From assembly GCA_014816185.1 (NCBI GenBank), contig GCA_014816185.1_4095.1: 64,000 bases of DNA, one strand, 5' to 3'. Of this stretch, positions 50,024 to 59,341 are shown in pieces (the first letter of the stretch is position 1; every line of letters begins with the position of its first letter). The notes under the pieces were generated by a model, which saw nothing but the letters and a program-made list of their open reading frames with translations, was not told where the DNA came from and made no database searches. Position numbers and translations under genes: made by a program. The DNA is from a phage.

Positions 50024-51226
50024 CTATTGTTGCCATAACTGCGATGGCATTAATGTTAGTGTAGTAATACTATAAGTGCCATCTGGCAATCTACCACCAT
50101 TTCCATTCCAGCCACCACATGCATATAATTTATAATCTTTAGTAATTATTATGGTTCTGCTCCAATCTTTAGATGCCATAAGAACATTGTCATAACCACC
50201 ACTTATTGCACTAAGATTAAAAATATTCCAAGTTCTAACTAATGTATTAGTTCCATTACCTTCTTGACCATATGAGTTAGCACCACTACTTCTAACATAT
50301 GGTGCGTATTGTGCCATAGGTGCACCAATTGATGCATTTCCCATATTACTTGGACAAATAAAAGTACTGTACTTACTTACATCAACCGTGACCGATGTGT
50401 TCCTAATTGGTGTTAGCTGATTTACCGATGTAGTCGTACCATTACCAGCTTGTCCAGAACTGTTAGCCCCGCTATAATATACAGACCCACCAGTAGTAAA
50501 CCACCAAGTAACATCGTATGTAGTACTAATATGTTCTACATTACTAATCACGAATTTGTTCAAATATACAACAGAACTACCACCACATCCACTTTCACCA
50601 AAGTTATCCTTACCACAAAACCATGCATCTTTATTTGATTTGATATAGTGCGTTCCTTGTAATGAACATGCCATATGTGTAACTTCACCCATATTAGTCA
50701 TAACTGTGAGTGTAGGGATGGAATTTTTATTCCCAGAGCCACATTCACCATTAGTATTTCTTCCACACGCAATTACTCTACCATCGGTTAATAATATTCT
50801 AGTACTTTCACCTATATATACACTCTTGATCATATTAGCCATAACACCTATTTTATTAAATGCAACAGTAACATCAGTCCATGTTGTCAAATAACCATTA
50901 ACAGGTGTTGCATCTCCATAATCAGAAAATGCACCAACCGACCCAGTGTAGTATATTTTATTATCCAAATCAATCATCAATGAACCTTGAACACCAAGCC
51001 AAAAGGCTGCACAGTTCCTTGCAAGTACTGTAAATGACGAAACTGCTGCTGAATTCCCAAGACCAAATTGATAAAAGTTATTACTACCATAACCATATAA
51101 AGTATTAGTTGGGTTATGGAGATACATACAGTTTGTATAATGTTGTTGTAAAACATCTGAGAACTCTACAGGTTCTGGACCTGGTGCAATATTTGCGTAC
51201 TTAACCATTCTTCCAAAAGGTAACAT
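50024..51226 (-). CDS. RCC1-like repeat protein, MLPF family
   Basis: GSNNFYQFGLG, GRNTNGECGSG, GANSSGQAGNG, GANSYGQEGNG. Confidence 0.75.
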   Translation of the reverse strand: MLPFGRMVKYANIAPGPEPVEFSDVLQQHYTNCMYLHNPTNTLYGYGSNNFYQFGLGNSAAVSSFTVLARNCAAFWLGVQGSLMIDLDNKIYYTGSVGAFSDYGDATPVNGYLTTWTDVTVAFNKIGVMANMIKSVYIGESTRILLTDGRVIACGRNTNGECGSGNKNSIPTLTVMTNMGEVTHMACSLQGTHYIKSNKDAWFCGKDNFGESGCGGSSVVYLNKFVISNVEHISTTYDVTWWFTTGGSVYYSGANSSGQAGNGTTTSVNQLTPIRNTSVTVDVSKYSTFICPSNMGNASIGAPMAQYAPYVRSSGANSYGQEGNGTNTLVRTWNIFNLSAISGGYDNVLMASKDWSRTIIITKDYKLYACGGWNGNGGRLPDGTYSITTLTLMPSQLWQQ

Positions 51227-51297
51227 ATTTCCCTCCTTTATTCATTATACTATATTTAATACAAAAAGAAATGCCAGTATCAAGTACTGGCATAATA

Positions 51298-52476
51298 TTA
51301 TCGGTTAAATTTAAAATCTGTTATGTGTGTCCATGTATGATTTAATGGTGTACTCAATGGTGTAAAGCCAGCAGGGTCTGACCACGTTGAACCACATGCG
51401 TACATAAATTGATTGCCAGTACAATCCATTATAGCATAAGAACGTGTTGCTGTACCACATTTGAATCCAACTGCACTACTTGGGGTCGGTAATACTTCAA
51501 ATGTAGGTGCATTTGAAGTATTACCCCCATTTTTTGTTCCAGCTATGTACAGAACTCCATTAGTATCAATGATTAAGTTAGTCCAATATGCTTGTTCTCG
51601 ACCAGCATAAAAATATGTTAAATCACCGGGTACAAATGGTAACGTACCTTTATATAGTGTAGTATTAACATCCACTGGTGCTCCAGATACACCCCATGAA
51701 CTCATATAGTTTCTCCCACTTGCGTAGAATGTAGTTCCTTTACCGTAAAGTATTAATGATGCATGACTTGTTCGCATTGCATTATATTCAAACTCAGGAT
51801 CATCAGTAGCGTCCTTAAAAATCTGTGTCCATGTTGTTATATAGCCAGTAGTTGTAACACCCATTTGATAATAATAATTATCACCAGTAGCATAGAATTG
51901 TTTAGGGCCAGTTTGTACAATTGCATTCCTATTAGTTAACCAAAAATCTAATGTATTAGTCATGATCTTGGTGGGTGTGAAATTCGCCACGGTATTTCCT
52001 TTTCCGAAATAACCCTTAGCGTTATCTCCATGACCCCATAAATCACCATTAGTTGTGCGTAGGAATAATGTACCAGAATTGAATACAACTTTTTCTATAG
52101 TACTTATATCAATACCAACAGAAGTGTAATTCGTTGTAAAATCTTGAAAAGTACCCCAAAAATTAGATGAACCATTAAACATGACTTGACTACCAGTGTA
52201 CTTCACTTTATTATCTTTAGTGATAAGTAATGTCCCCCACGATGCCGCGAACATTAACTTAACATTTTCCATAACAAAGTATGGCTTACCGTATGCTGAC
52301 GCGGTAGAGTTCAAACCTAATAGTTGTCTATTATTACTACAACCCCATACTTCGCCGTTATCCAAAAGCATCAACATAGTAGGTTTACCAGATAATACAG
52401 ACAAAAAGAAATCTTTTGGTGTTGGTACACCAGGTGCAATATTCCCATAATCAAACATTCTAACAAAAGGTAACAT
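51298..52476 (-). CDS. RCC1-like repeat protein, MLPF family
   Basis: First gene of the array; MLPFVRMFDYGNIAP; divergent promoter region 52477-52579. Confidence 0.7.
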   Translation of the reverse strand: MLPFVRMFDYGNIAPGVPTPKDFFLSVLSGKPTMLMLLDNGEVWGCSNNRQLLGLNSTASAYGKPYFVMENVKLMFAASWGTLLITKDNKVKYTGSQVMFNGSSNFWGTFQDFTTNYTSVGIDISTIEKVVFNSGTLFLRTTNGDLWGHGDNAKGYFGKGNTVANFTPTKIMTNTLDFWLTNRNAIVQTGPKQFYATGDNYYYQMGVTTTGYITTWTQIFKDATDDPEFEYNAMRTSHASLILYGKGTTFYASGRNYMSSWGVSGAPVDVNTTLYKGTLPFVPGDLTYFYAGREQAYWTNLIIDTNGVLYIAGTKNGGNTSNAPTFEVLPTPSSAVGFKCGTATRSYAIMDCTGNQFMYACGSTWSDPAGFTPLSTPLNHTWTHITDFKFNR

Positions 52477-52579
52477 AATTCCCTCCTTTATTCATTATAT
52501 CATATTTACCTCCTAAAGAAAACCCTTGACACCCTTTCAGTACTGGTGTACTATAGAAGGAATATAAGGAGAACTGTAC

Positions 52580-52807
52580 ATGACAACTACACTTAAGTAC
52601 TACATTAATACTCTAAATGAACTAGAGTACGCGAAGTTTCTCGCGGATAGTTCGTGGCTAATTGAGCTAAAAACACATAACAGTACTGGATGTAACCTTA
52701 TGCTGAACAATGCACTTGATACCCTTGTAGTGAGTATTTTACACAGCAACATCTGCGGGAATAGCAATAAACAATTATCAAAAATCTTAGTACTGGTAGC
52801 TCTATGA
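52580..52807 (+). CDS. small protein, array member (divergent)
   Basis: AAGGAG SD; TTGACA-N17-TACTAT promoter upstream; KYYINTLNELEY N-terminal motif. Confidence 0.55.
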   Translation: MTTTLKYYINTLNELEYAKFLADSSWLIELKTHNSTGCNLMLNNALDTLVVSILHSNICGNSNKQLSKILVLVAL

Positions 52808-53016
52808 ACACTATGAACATTGAACAGTACTACATCGATGCACTACCAACAAAAGGTCTACGAGAAAGCCTACTGTATACACAAAATAATTATATAAACT
52901 TCAAACATTGTCCTAAACTCTTGAACTCGTACAGGAATAATAAAATAAGAAATGCTGTACAAGGGGTAGAAAGTATGCAATACTATTACATCCTAACCCT
53001 TTTAATCGAGCACTAA
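52804..53016 (+). CDS. small protein array paralog
   Basis: MNIEQYYIDALP; ATGA overlap. Confidence 0.55.
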   Translation: MNTMNIEQYYIDALPTKGLRESLLYTQNNYINFKHCPKLLNSYRNNKIRNAVQGVESMQYYYILTLLIEH

Positions 53017-53017
53017 T

Positions 53018-53203
53018 ATGTATAAAGAATTCTACTGTAGTAAGCTGCACAAACAATACAGAGATTCATTTCCAAATGAACCTATGGATATGAATAGTCC
53101 CTTTTATAAATTTGACTTCAGACTGGAGACACGTTATGCAATAGAACATCAATTTCCTGAAACTAAGTACTTATCTATCATGAACCTCATCTTTAAGTTC
53201 TAA
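53018..53203 (+). CDS. small protein array paralog
   Basis: MYKEFYCSKL. Confidence 0.55.
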   Translation: MYKEFYCSKLHKQYRDSFPNEPMDMNSPFYKFDFRLETRYAIEHQFPETKYLSIMNLIFKF

Positions 53204-53214
53204 AAGAGTACTAT

Positions 53215-53427
53215 ATGAAAACTATGAACATACACCAGTACTACTTAGATATTCTCCCTAAAGATGTACAGTTCATCCTTAAACAAGAATACAGTACTTT
53301 AAAAAACCTTAAAAGAACCGCACCGAATGTATTAATCCTGCACCAAGAAAATGTAGTTGATAATATTCTACAAGGTGTACCAGGGACCGAGTACTTTAAC
53401 ATAATAAGGCTAATTACATTACCATGA
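53215..53427 (+). CDS. small protein array paralog
   Basis: MNIHQYYLDILP. Confidence 0.55.
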   Translation: MKTMNIHQYYLDILPKDVQFILKQEYSTLKNLKRTAPNVLILHQENVVDNILQGVPGTEYFNIIRLITLP

Positions 53428-53609
53428 ATCATATATTATACTATTACCAAAATCTATCCGACAGGGACAAGTACACCCACAACTCCAATGTATGGTACTA
53501 CAAACGCGGTAGTATAAGAGACAAACAACATTACTTCTGTATTGCTATAAAAGAAGCACTAACAACTAAGTACACGTACAGAGCAGTACTGAAACTTATT
53601 GATATGTAA
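53424..53609 (+). CDS. small protein array paralog
   Basis: ATGA overlap; C-terminus YRAVLKLIDM. Confidence 0.55.
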   Translation: MNHILYYYQNLSDRDKYTHNSNVWYYKRGSIRDKQHYFCIAIKEALTTKYTYRAVLKLIDM

Positions 53610-53619
53610 AGAGAATACT

Positions 53620-53802
53620 ATGAGCATTGAATTGTACTTAAGTAAATTACAGCCTGGCGATAGATTCATCTACAATAAGTTCGAATTCAACTACAAGAAC
53701 GGGAGCAACAAATATCGTCGAGGATACCTATATACAAGCACAAGAGATGCACAAAACGAAAAGTACACATACAGAGAAGTACTTAAACTAATCTCTATTT
53801 GA
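53620..53802 (+). CDS. small protein array paralog
   Basis: Start moved to MSIELYLSKL; C-terminus YREVLKLISI. Confidence 0.5.
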   Translation: MSIELYLSKLQPGDRFIYNKFEFNYKNGSNKYRRGYLYTSTRDAQNEKYTYREVLKLISI

Positions 53803-53810
53803 GGTAATAT

Positions 53811-53996
53811 ATGAATACATTTGAGTACTATACCAATAAACTATCTATGCCTGAAAGATCTCATCTCTATGTGTGGAGAAATGCGTATAAAAGCGGCAAT
53901 AAACTTATACAAAGAAATTCCCTTACAGTGTGTACAAATTTAATTAAAGCAGAGTACCGCACATATATTGAAGTACTCAAACTGATAGCAATATAA
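53811..53996 (+). CDS. small protein array paralog
   Basis: MNTFEYYTNKL; C-terminus YIEVLKLIAI. Confidence 0.55.
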   Translation: MNTFEYYTNKLSMPERSHLYVWRNAYKSGNKLIQRNSLTVCTNLIKAEYRTYIEVLKLIAI

Positions 53997-54004
53997 GGTA
54001 CTCT

Positions 54005-54184
54005 ATGCAAGAATTCTATATCTATAACCTCCAGCACAAAGATAGATACAACTATAATAAATTCCAAAGGTACTACACAGTCGGGAACAAAAGAGATAAA
54101 AAACGTTATCTACTCTCGTGTACAGTAGAAGCACAAAACGAAAAGTACACGTACAGAGAAGTACTTAAACTAATCTCAATCTAA
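54005..54184 (+). CDS. small protein array paralog (59 aa)
   Basis: Missed by ORF track; MQEFYIYNL...EKYTYREVLKLISI with AAGG SD. Confidence 0.5.
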   Translation: MQEFYIYNLQHKDRYNYNKFQRYYTVGNKRDKKRYLLSCTVEAQNEKYTYREVLKLISI

Positions 54185-54191
54185 GGTAGAC

Positions 54192-54380
54192 ATGAACACT
54201 TTTGAGTACTACTTCAATAAACTAAACCACATAGAACAAAGTATGCACAACTCATTTATTCAGCACCATCAATCATCTGCACATGGAATTAAAAATATAT
54301 CGATTGAGATTATCACTACCCGTGTACTGTCATCTGAACGTTATATGTATATTGATGTACTGAAACTCATCTCTATGTAA
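54192..54380 (+). CDS. small protein array paralog
   Basis: MNTFEYYFNKL; C-terminus YIDVLKLISM. Confidence 0.55.
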   Translation: MNTFEYYFNKLNHIEQSMHNSFIQHHQSSAHGIKNISIEIITTRVLSSERYMYIDVLKLISM

Positions 54381-54388
54381 GGAATAAT

Positions 54389-54568
54389 ATGCAAGAATAC
54401 TATATAGAACACATAAGCATTAAAGACCGTTTCATGTACGACACCTTCGTGAAGTACTACAACCTGGCAACTAATAGTACTAAAAATATTAATCTCAATA
54501 GCTGCATTCATCACGCACTAACAAAAGATAATCCCTTCAGGGAAATCCTCGCTCTCGCATCTGTATAA
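54389..54568 (+). CDS. small protein array paralog (59 aa)
   Basis: Missed by ORF track; MQEYYIEHIS...LNSCIHHAL... with AAGGAA SD. Confidence 0.5.
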   Translation: MQEYYIEHISIKDRFMYDTFVKYYNLATNSTKNINLNSCIHHALTKDNPFREILALASV

Positions 54569-54578
54569 AGGAAACCAA

Positions 54579-55238
54579 ATGAAACTTAATGCACACAGCA
54601 AACAATACCTTAAGCACTTTAAGTACCTCAACAGTATTCAAGCAGAATCTATTACATCTGCATATACGTATCACCCAAATGTACTAAAGAAACGAAATAA
54701 AAAGAAAAAATCCAGAAATGTTCTCGTATCTAAGAACCTCAAATCGTACTTGAAGAAAAATAATATAGCTCTTGCTTTTATTAATATCTATAATACTGAT
54801 TTAAAAGTATTGAGTACTAATACCAGCACAAAAGCACTAAAGAATGCATCTATCTATATACACATGGATAATATCCCGTGCACTATAATTCTATCTTTCG
54901 GGAATGTATACTTCTTCGGGAATTGTAATAGCACCCATGATATCAGTACTGCACAATTCCAAATCGGCGATATGTACTGCATGGGTTCAGAAAAAATACA
55001 CGATAACATGCACTTCTTCCAAAAGCAACGTACTAACGAAACTGATACAGTACTGCAATTCCTAAAAGAACTACAAAACAAAGAATTAACACCAGAAGAA
55101 GAATTCATGTACAGTACTGTAATCGATAATCCAGAACTCTATAAAAACGCGTACAATCTAACAAAACATGTACAGGAACTTATCAGTACTGATAAGAAAT
55201 TTCATCACCTCATTACGTATATTTCAAACTATGTATAA
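54579..55238 (+). CDS. hypothetical protein (219 aa) embedded in small-ORF array
   Basis: Longer ORF with Lys-rich segment; not obviously a family member. Confidence 0.55.
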   Translation: MKLNAHSKQYLKHFKYLNSIQAESITSAYTYHPNVLKKRNKKKKSRNVLVSKNLKSYLKKNNIALAFINIYNTDLKVLSTNTSTKALKNASIYIHMDNIPCTIILSFGNVYFFGNCNSTHDISTAQFQIGDMYCMGSEKIHDNMHFFQKQRTNETDTVLQFLKELQNKELTPEEEFMYSTVIDNPELYKNAYNLTKHVQELISTDKKFHHLITYISNYV

Positions 55239-55404
55239 AGAATTCTACCTCTCGTACCTTAATTCCGATATAGTAACATCCAATACCTTCAGTACTAAAA
55301 TTATCTATAATGAAGTAATGAAAGAATGTATTAAAGGTGCTATTAACCCTAAAGATACGTATGACTTGTACTATGCAGTACTAACCCTTGTTTTCACGAA
55401 ATAA
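55231..55404 (+). CDS. small protein array paralog
   Basis: Start moved to MYKEFYLSYL, overlapping upstream stop. Confidence 0.5.
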   Translation: MYKEFYLSYLNSDIVTSNTFSTKIIYNEVMKECIKGAINPKDTYDLYYAVLTLVFTK

Positions 55405-55412
55405 CACATAAT

Positions 55413-55604
55413 ATGAATAACCACAAAGAATACTACATAGAGAAACTCCCAATGTATCTCCAACACCTTGTACCAACAGAACCATTGCGTATAGAAAAAG
55501 ACTACGAAAAAGACTACTTCGTTAAGTGCACTAAATCCTCGATAGATATTGAGGACTATAATCGAGTACTGTATCACATCCTTTTACTAATATATAAGTA
55601 CTAA
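55413..55604 (+). CDS. small protein array paralog
   Basis: MNNHKEYYIEKLP. Confidence 0.55.
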   Translation: MNNHKEYYIEKLPMYLQHLVPTEPLRIEKDYEKDYFVKCTKSSIDIEDYNRVLYHILLLIYKY

Positions 55605-55605
55605 T

Positions 55606-55794
55606 ATGAATAACCACAAAGAATACTACACACAATTTCTCCCCAGTATTTTTGAACACTACGCCAGATATAAAGTCCCTCTGGATAACGATTTGGCAGT
55701 ACTGGGATTCAATAATTGCATAGAACGCAGTATAGAAAATAGTAGTAGCTATGACCAATTATATAACACTATCCTACTTATATTCAGGTACTAA
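55606..55794 (+). CDS. small protein array paralog
   Basis: MNNHKEYYTQFLP; FNNCIERSI. Confidence 0.55.
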   Translation: MNNHKEYYTQFLPSIFEHYARYKVPLDNDLAVLGFNNCIERSIENSSSYDQLYNTILLIFRY

Positions 55795-55795
55795 T

Positions 55796-55984
55796 ATGCA
55801 TAAAGAATACTACACAAAATATTTCCCAATGTACCTCAGTACTAATCTATTAGATAAACCTCGCGGTATCAATGCTCAAAACGATAAAGTGTACTTTACT
55901 ATGTGCACTAAAGCATGTATACTAGATTTTGATAGCTATCATCGAGTACTGTATCATACACTGTACCTAGCTTTCGTGTACTAA
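55796..55984 (+). CDS. small protein array paralog
   Basis: Start moved to MHKEYYTKYFP. Confidence 0.5.
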   Translation: MHKEYYTKYFPMYLSTNLLDKPRGINAQNDKVYFTMCTKACILDFDSYHRVLYHTLYLAFVY

Positions 55985-55994
55985 AGAGGCCAAT

Positions 55995-56201
55995 ATGAAC
56001 GAACAGAAAGAATTTTACACCAAACACCTCAGTGCATCAGAACAAATGTTTCTAAGGAGTGTATCACCTTTACGTTTAGATACACCACACGCCAGAGATT
56101 GCTTTAATAATTGTATACGTATTACTCTAGAAGCTTTAGAAAACAATAACAAAAATATTCAGTACTCAGGCGTAATGGGACTAATATTCTTCTATGAATA
56201 A
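55995..56201 (+). CDS. small protein array paralog
   Basis: MNEQKEFYTKHLSASEQMF; near-duplicate of 56575 copy. Confidence 0.55.
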   Translation: MNEQKEFYTKHLSASEQMFLRSVSPLRLDTPHARDCFNNCIRITLEALENNNKNIQYSGVMGLIFFYE

Positions 56202-56382
56202 CAAAGAATTCTACTTAAACCATCTGGAACTAAACTCCCAAATGCTTATACCACTAAACCCAATAGATATCAAGGATAAGAAAAATACCAAACAATTCCA
56301 CTACCACACACTATGTGCTATCAACCCAGATTATAATACATATAAACTGTACTACATTCTCGCCCTAATATACAGGTACTAA
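56194..56382 (+). CDS. small protein array paralog
   Basis: MNNKEFYLNHL; 8-nt overlap with upstream gene. Confidence 0.55.
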   Translation: MNNKEFYLNHLELNSQMLIPLNPIDIKDKKNTKQFHYHTLCAINPDYNTYKLYYILALIYRY

Positions 56383-56383
56383 C

Positions 56384-56569
56384 ATGCATAGAGAATACTA
56401 CACACAATTTGTTAAAGGGAACTACAAACACGCCGTCCCCGTAAACCCCTTAAATTCTAATGACCCAAGTACTATATTCTTGTTCCATGACGCAATACGT
56501 ACAGTACTCAATACTAAAGATGAACAGGTGCAGTACGTATTCTTACTATTACTTATATACAGACACTAA
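56384..56569 (+). CDS. small protein array paralog
   Basis: MHREYYTQFV. Confidence 0.55.
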   Translation: MHREYYTQFVKGNYKHAVPVNPLNSNDPSTIFLFHDAIRTVLNTKDEQVQYVFLLLLIYRH

Positions 56570-56574
56570 CTAAT

Positions 56575-56784
56575 ATGAATACAGAACATAAAGAATTCTA
56601 CTCCAAACACCTCAGCCCATCAGAACAAATGTTTCTAAGGACTACAGCACCTTTAAGTACTGATACATATTTCGGCAGAGTATGCTACAATAATTGTATT
56701 CAAATGACTTTAAACGCAAACGCCAATAATAACAGTACTAATATGTACTCCGGCATCATAGGTATACTATTTCTATATGAATAA
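56575..56784 (+). CDS. small protein array paralog
   Basis: MNTEHKEFYSKHLSPSEQMF. Confidence 0.55.
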   Translation: MNTEHKEFYSKHLSPSEQMFLRTTAPLSTDTYFGRVCYNNCIQMTLNANANNNSTNMYSGIIGILFLYE

Positions 56785-56959
56785 AGAACATAAAGACTTC
56801 TACATAAGAAAACTGACATTCGTCCCCGTAAAAATATATAAAGAATGCGACCCAAGATTATACCTATGGCACTTCAATGAGTGCATAAAAGATTCTATAT
56901 ACCCTAAGAACTACAAAGAACAATTGATCTCAGTACTAACACTAGTACTATCATATTAA
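56777..56959 (+). CDS. small protein array paralog
   Basis: MNKEHKDFYIRKL; FNECIKDSI. Confidence 0.55.
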   Translation: MNKEHKDFYIRKLTFVPVKIYKECDPRLYLWHFNECIKDSIYPKNYKEQLISVLTLVLSY

Positions 56960-56972
56960 TAGAGATAATACT

Positions 56973-57164
56973 ATGCATAAAGACTATAAAGAGTACTATA
57001 TAAGTAAACTAAAAGAAAACGAACAAGCATGGGTTAACAATTTAATCCCCCTGGCAATGACTCAATACGAATTTAATATGTGTACAAAGATTGTTTTAAC
57101 TAGTAATGATATCTCTAATACGTACTACTTCCTATTAAGAGTACTATATGGTACTTTGAAATAA
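56973..57164 (+). CDS. small protein array paralog
   Basis: MHKDYKEYYISKL; FNMCTKIVL. Confidence 0.55.
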   Translation: MHKDYKEYYISKLKENEQAWVNNLIPLAMTQYEFNMCTKIVLTSNDISNTYYFLLRVLYGTLK

Positions 57165-57175
57165 TAAGGTATACT

Positions 57176-57382
57176 ATGCAGAACATAAAAAACTATAAAG
57201 AGTACTATATAAGTAAACTACCACCGACTGACCAAGCATGGATTAGATCTATAATAGTACTGGCATTTAATAGATATGCATTTAATAGATGTACCGAGAT
57301 TGCTATAGACCCTTATAATATTAAAGAGAATGTACAGCATAATCAGTACTACTATATGTTAATGCTTATATATAGGAAGTAA
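57176..57382 (+). CDS. small protein array paralog
   Basis: MQNIKNYKEYYISKL; FNRCTEIAI; last member. Confidence 0.55.
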   Translation: MQNIKNYKEYYISKLPPTDQAWIRSIIVLAFNRYAFNRCTEIAIDPYNIKENVQHNQYYYMLMLIYRK

Positions 57383-57504
57383 TTCAACATATAGACAGGG
57401 GAAGCTCCGCAGGGAAAGCATTGGACAGGCTTTAACATATGTTATATATGTTAAAATTCAGCCTGGACAAATGCGATCACTAGGATTCTCCCCAGGCTAA
57501 ACCC

Positions 57505-57785
57505 CGTAATCATATGTAGTCATAAGTAATCATATATAAACATTTAAGTAATCATTTATAATCACAGTAGTGATCAGTATTGAGTACTAGAGTGTAATAG
57601 AGTACAGGAATGTGCACGTTTAATCAAGAACGTAGCAGTACTGCCCCAAAAGTATTCAGTACTGAAGGTGGCGATATCCCACTAAGTAGGCAGAGGAAGT
57701 CTGCCGTACTTTGTAGTTTCCAAGCTCCTTTTCCATTTTGCAAATTACATCAAATGTAATCAAAAGTAATCACGCAATGATTAGT
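57505..57785. repeat. cluster of GTAATCA short repeats with inverted copy
   Basis: GTAATCA recurs at least five times (about 57506, 57526, 57548, 57756, 57766) plus inverted repeat TAATCACGCAATGATTA. Confidence 0.5.
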
Positions 57786-58048
57786 ACTGAATTATTACTT
57801 TCACCTTAATTTCAATTACCCTTTTACCCTTCGGGGTAAAATTCAATTACCCCTTGAGGCTCCAGCAAAAAGTTGGTTAGTACTCCATCCTAAATCTCGA
57901 TCCTAAAAATTTTGGAGTACCTATGAAATAAAAGTTGGATCTTCGAAAGTTGAAATTTACGTTGGGACGTTTATGATTTGTGGGATATAATGATGTTTGT
58001 AGTCGGGTAGTTCTCAAGAATATCAGTACTGAAAGATGAAAGAAAGTT

Positions 58049-58077
58049 ATTGACTTTATGATTCAGTACTGTATAAT
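58049..58077 (+). promoter_or_regulatory. orphan sigma70-like promoter
   Basis: TTGACT - 17 nt ending in CAGTACTG - TATAAT with no ORF of 60 aa or more downstream. Confidence 0.45.
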
Positions 58078-58473
58078 GTTCTACATAGCTTCAAGGGGTG
58101 ATGAGTTGCTGCGAACAATTCATTTACTCTACCTCCTGTCGTGAGACAGTACAGAAAAGATAGTTCCTCCTGTGGTGGTACATCTTTTTGAACCTCATAT
58201 GAAAATCGTAATAACAGTACTGATATTAACAGAATGGTATCAGTACTGATTTTAATCTAAAGCATTATGCCACCAGCTTGTGCTGGTGGATTCCCTCTAA
58301 CAGTATTCAGTACTACATGATAGTCTTCATCCTCCTAGGGTAACATAGTGAGGGCTATGATGGCAGTACTGAATACTCCCTTTCAAAAGATAGATCTATG
58401 GTATAGTACTGACGGATTTTGGGTGTAGTTACCCTGGATGGATTTTGGACGTAGATATGTCTAGCCCTCCAGA

Positions 58474-58600
58474 AGTCTGGAAGTAAAGATGGCTATCCAT
58501 CTAGACGGCTAAACGGCTAGATTTCTGGATGGCTGGATGGCTAGACGTTTGGACGGCTAAACGTCTAGATGGTTACACGTCTGGAAGTATAGACGGCTAA
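58474..58600. repeat. dense array of CTAGACG / GGCTAAACG short direct and inverted repeats
   Basis: GTCTGGAAGTA flanks both ends; internal CTAGACGTTT-N7-AAACGTCTAG inverted repeat; GGATGGCT and GGACGGCTAAACG units. Confidence 0.5.
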
Positions 58601-58779
58601 ATCAAAATTTTATTTTGTTTTTTCCAATAGTTCCCCTACCGCGTGGGGATAGTTTCCCCGCAGTATCTGGAGTTAGATTTTTCTGAATCTGGAATCATTA
58701 TCTTATAAACTGGGGGCAATGTCAACGGCCTGGACGGATATTTTTAAAAATTTTTTCAGTACTGAATTTTGGGCGTAAC

Positions 58780-58840
58780 TATGCACCCGGTGGGCTTGAG
58801 TCTTTCTCGACTTGATGGAACTATTATACAGTACTGGAAA
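58780..58840. repeat. intergenic repeat TGCACCCGGTGGG...CAGTACTGG, copy 1
   Basis: Shares TGCACCCGGTGGG(C/T)TTAG ... TTGATG ... ATTAT.CAGTACTGG with copies near 60928 and 63348. Confidence 0.5.
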
Positions 58841-59223
58841 AATAAAGCAATACCCTGGATGAAAAAAGTTTTAATTAATTTGCTTGCTATCCTGGGCCGG
58901 ACTATGGTACTATATTTCAGTACTGAGAAAGTGCGTTAACCTGCTAGGGTGCGGGAGTGTATCCTTTTTAAATTTTATGAATTTTGGACGGATCTTCCCA
59001 CCCCCTGGGGTATCCGCTTTCTCGCGTCTATGTAGTAATTATACGCTTTTTTAGTACTGAGTCAATAGCTAAAAACAAAATAATTGAAAATAATTTAACG
59101 CGTTTAAACGGCCTGTAACGCCCTGGATTGTTGGGAGTGGTGCAAATGTATAGCTTAGGTGTATTAATGCGTTAGAATGCGATTGAGGCCGTTTTACGGG
59201 GTGTAGTAGTGATTTGGTTGATT

Positions 59224-59310
59224 CAGTACTGAATAATAGTACTCCTATATAGAAAGATAGTTCCCCTGGATGGTTGCAGTACTGAATAATAGTACTCCTA
59301 TATAGAAAGA
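59224..59310. repeat. 34-bp direct repeat, two copies
   Basis: CAGTACTGAATAATAGTACTCCTATATAGAAAGA at 59224-59257 and 59277-59310. Confidence 0.6.
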
Positions 59311-59341
59311 AAACTATTTTAAAAGTATTTGTAGAAAGTAC

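Noticed and set aside
39456-52476. Regularly spaced roughly 70-bp conserved repeats that could suggest a CRISPR array
   Set aside because: The repeats are separated by 1.1-1.3 kb protein-coding genes and contain promoter, SD and terminator features; they are intergenic expression cassettes, not CRISPR repeats.
58474-58600. Short tandem repeats as a possible CRISPR or minisatellite
   Set aside because: Units are irregular, partly inverted and there are no spacers or cas genes; more consistent with a protein-binding repeat array.
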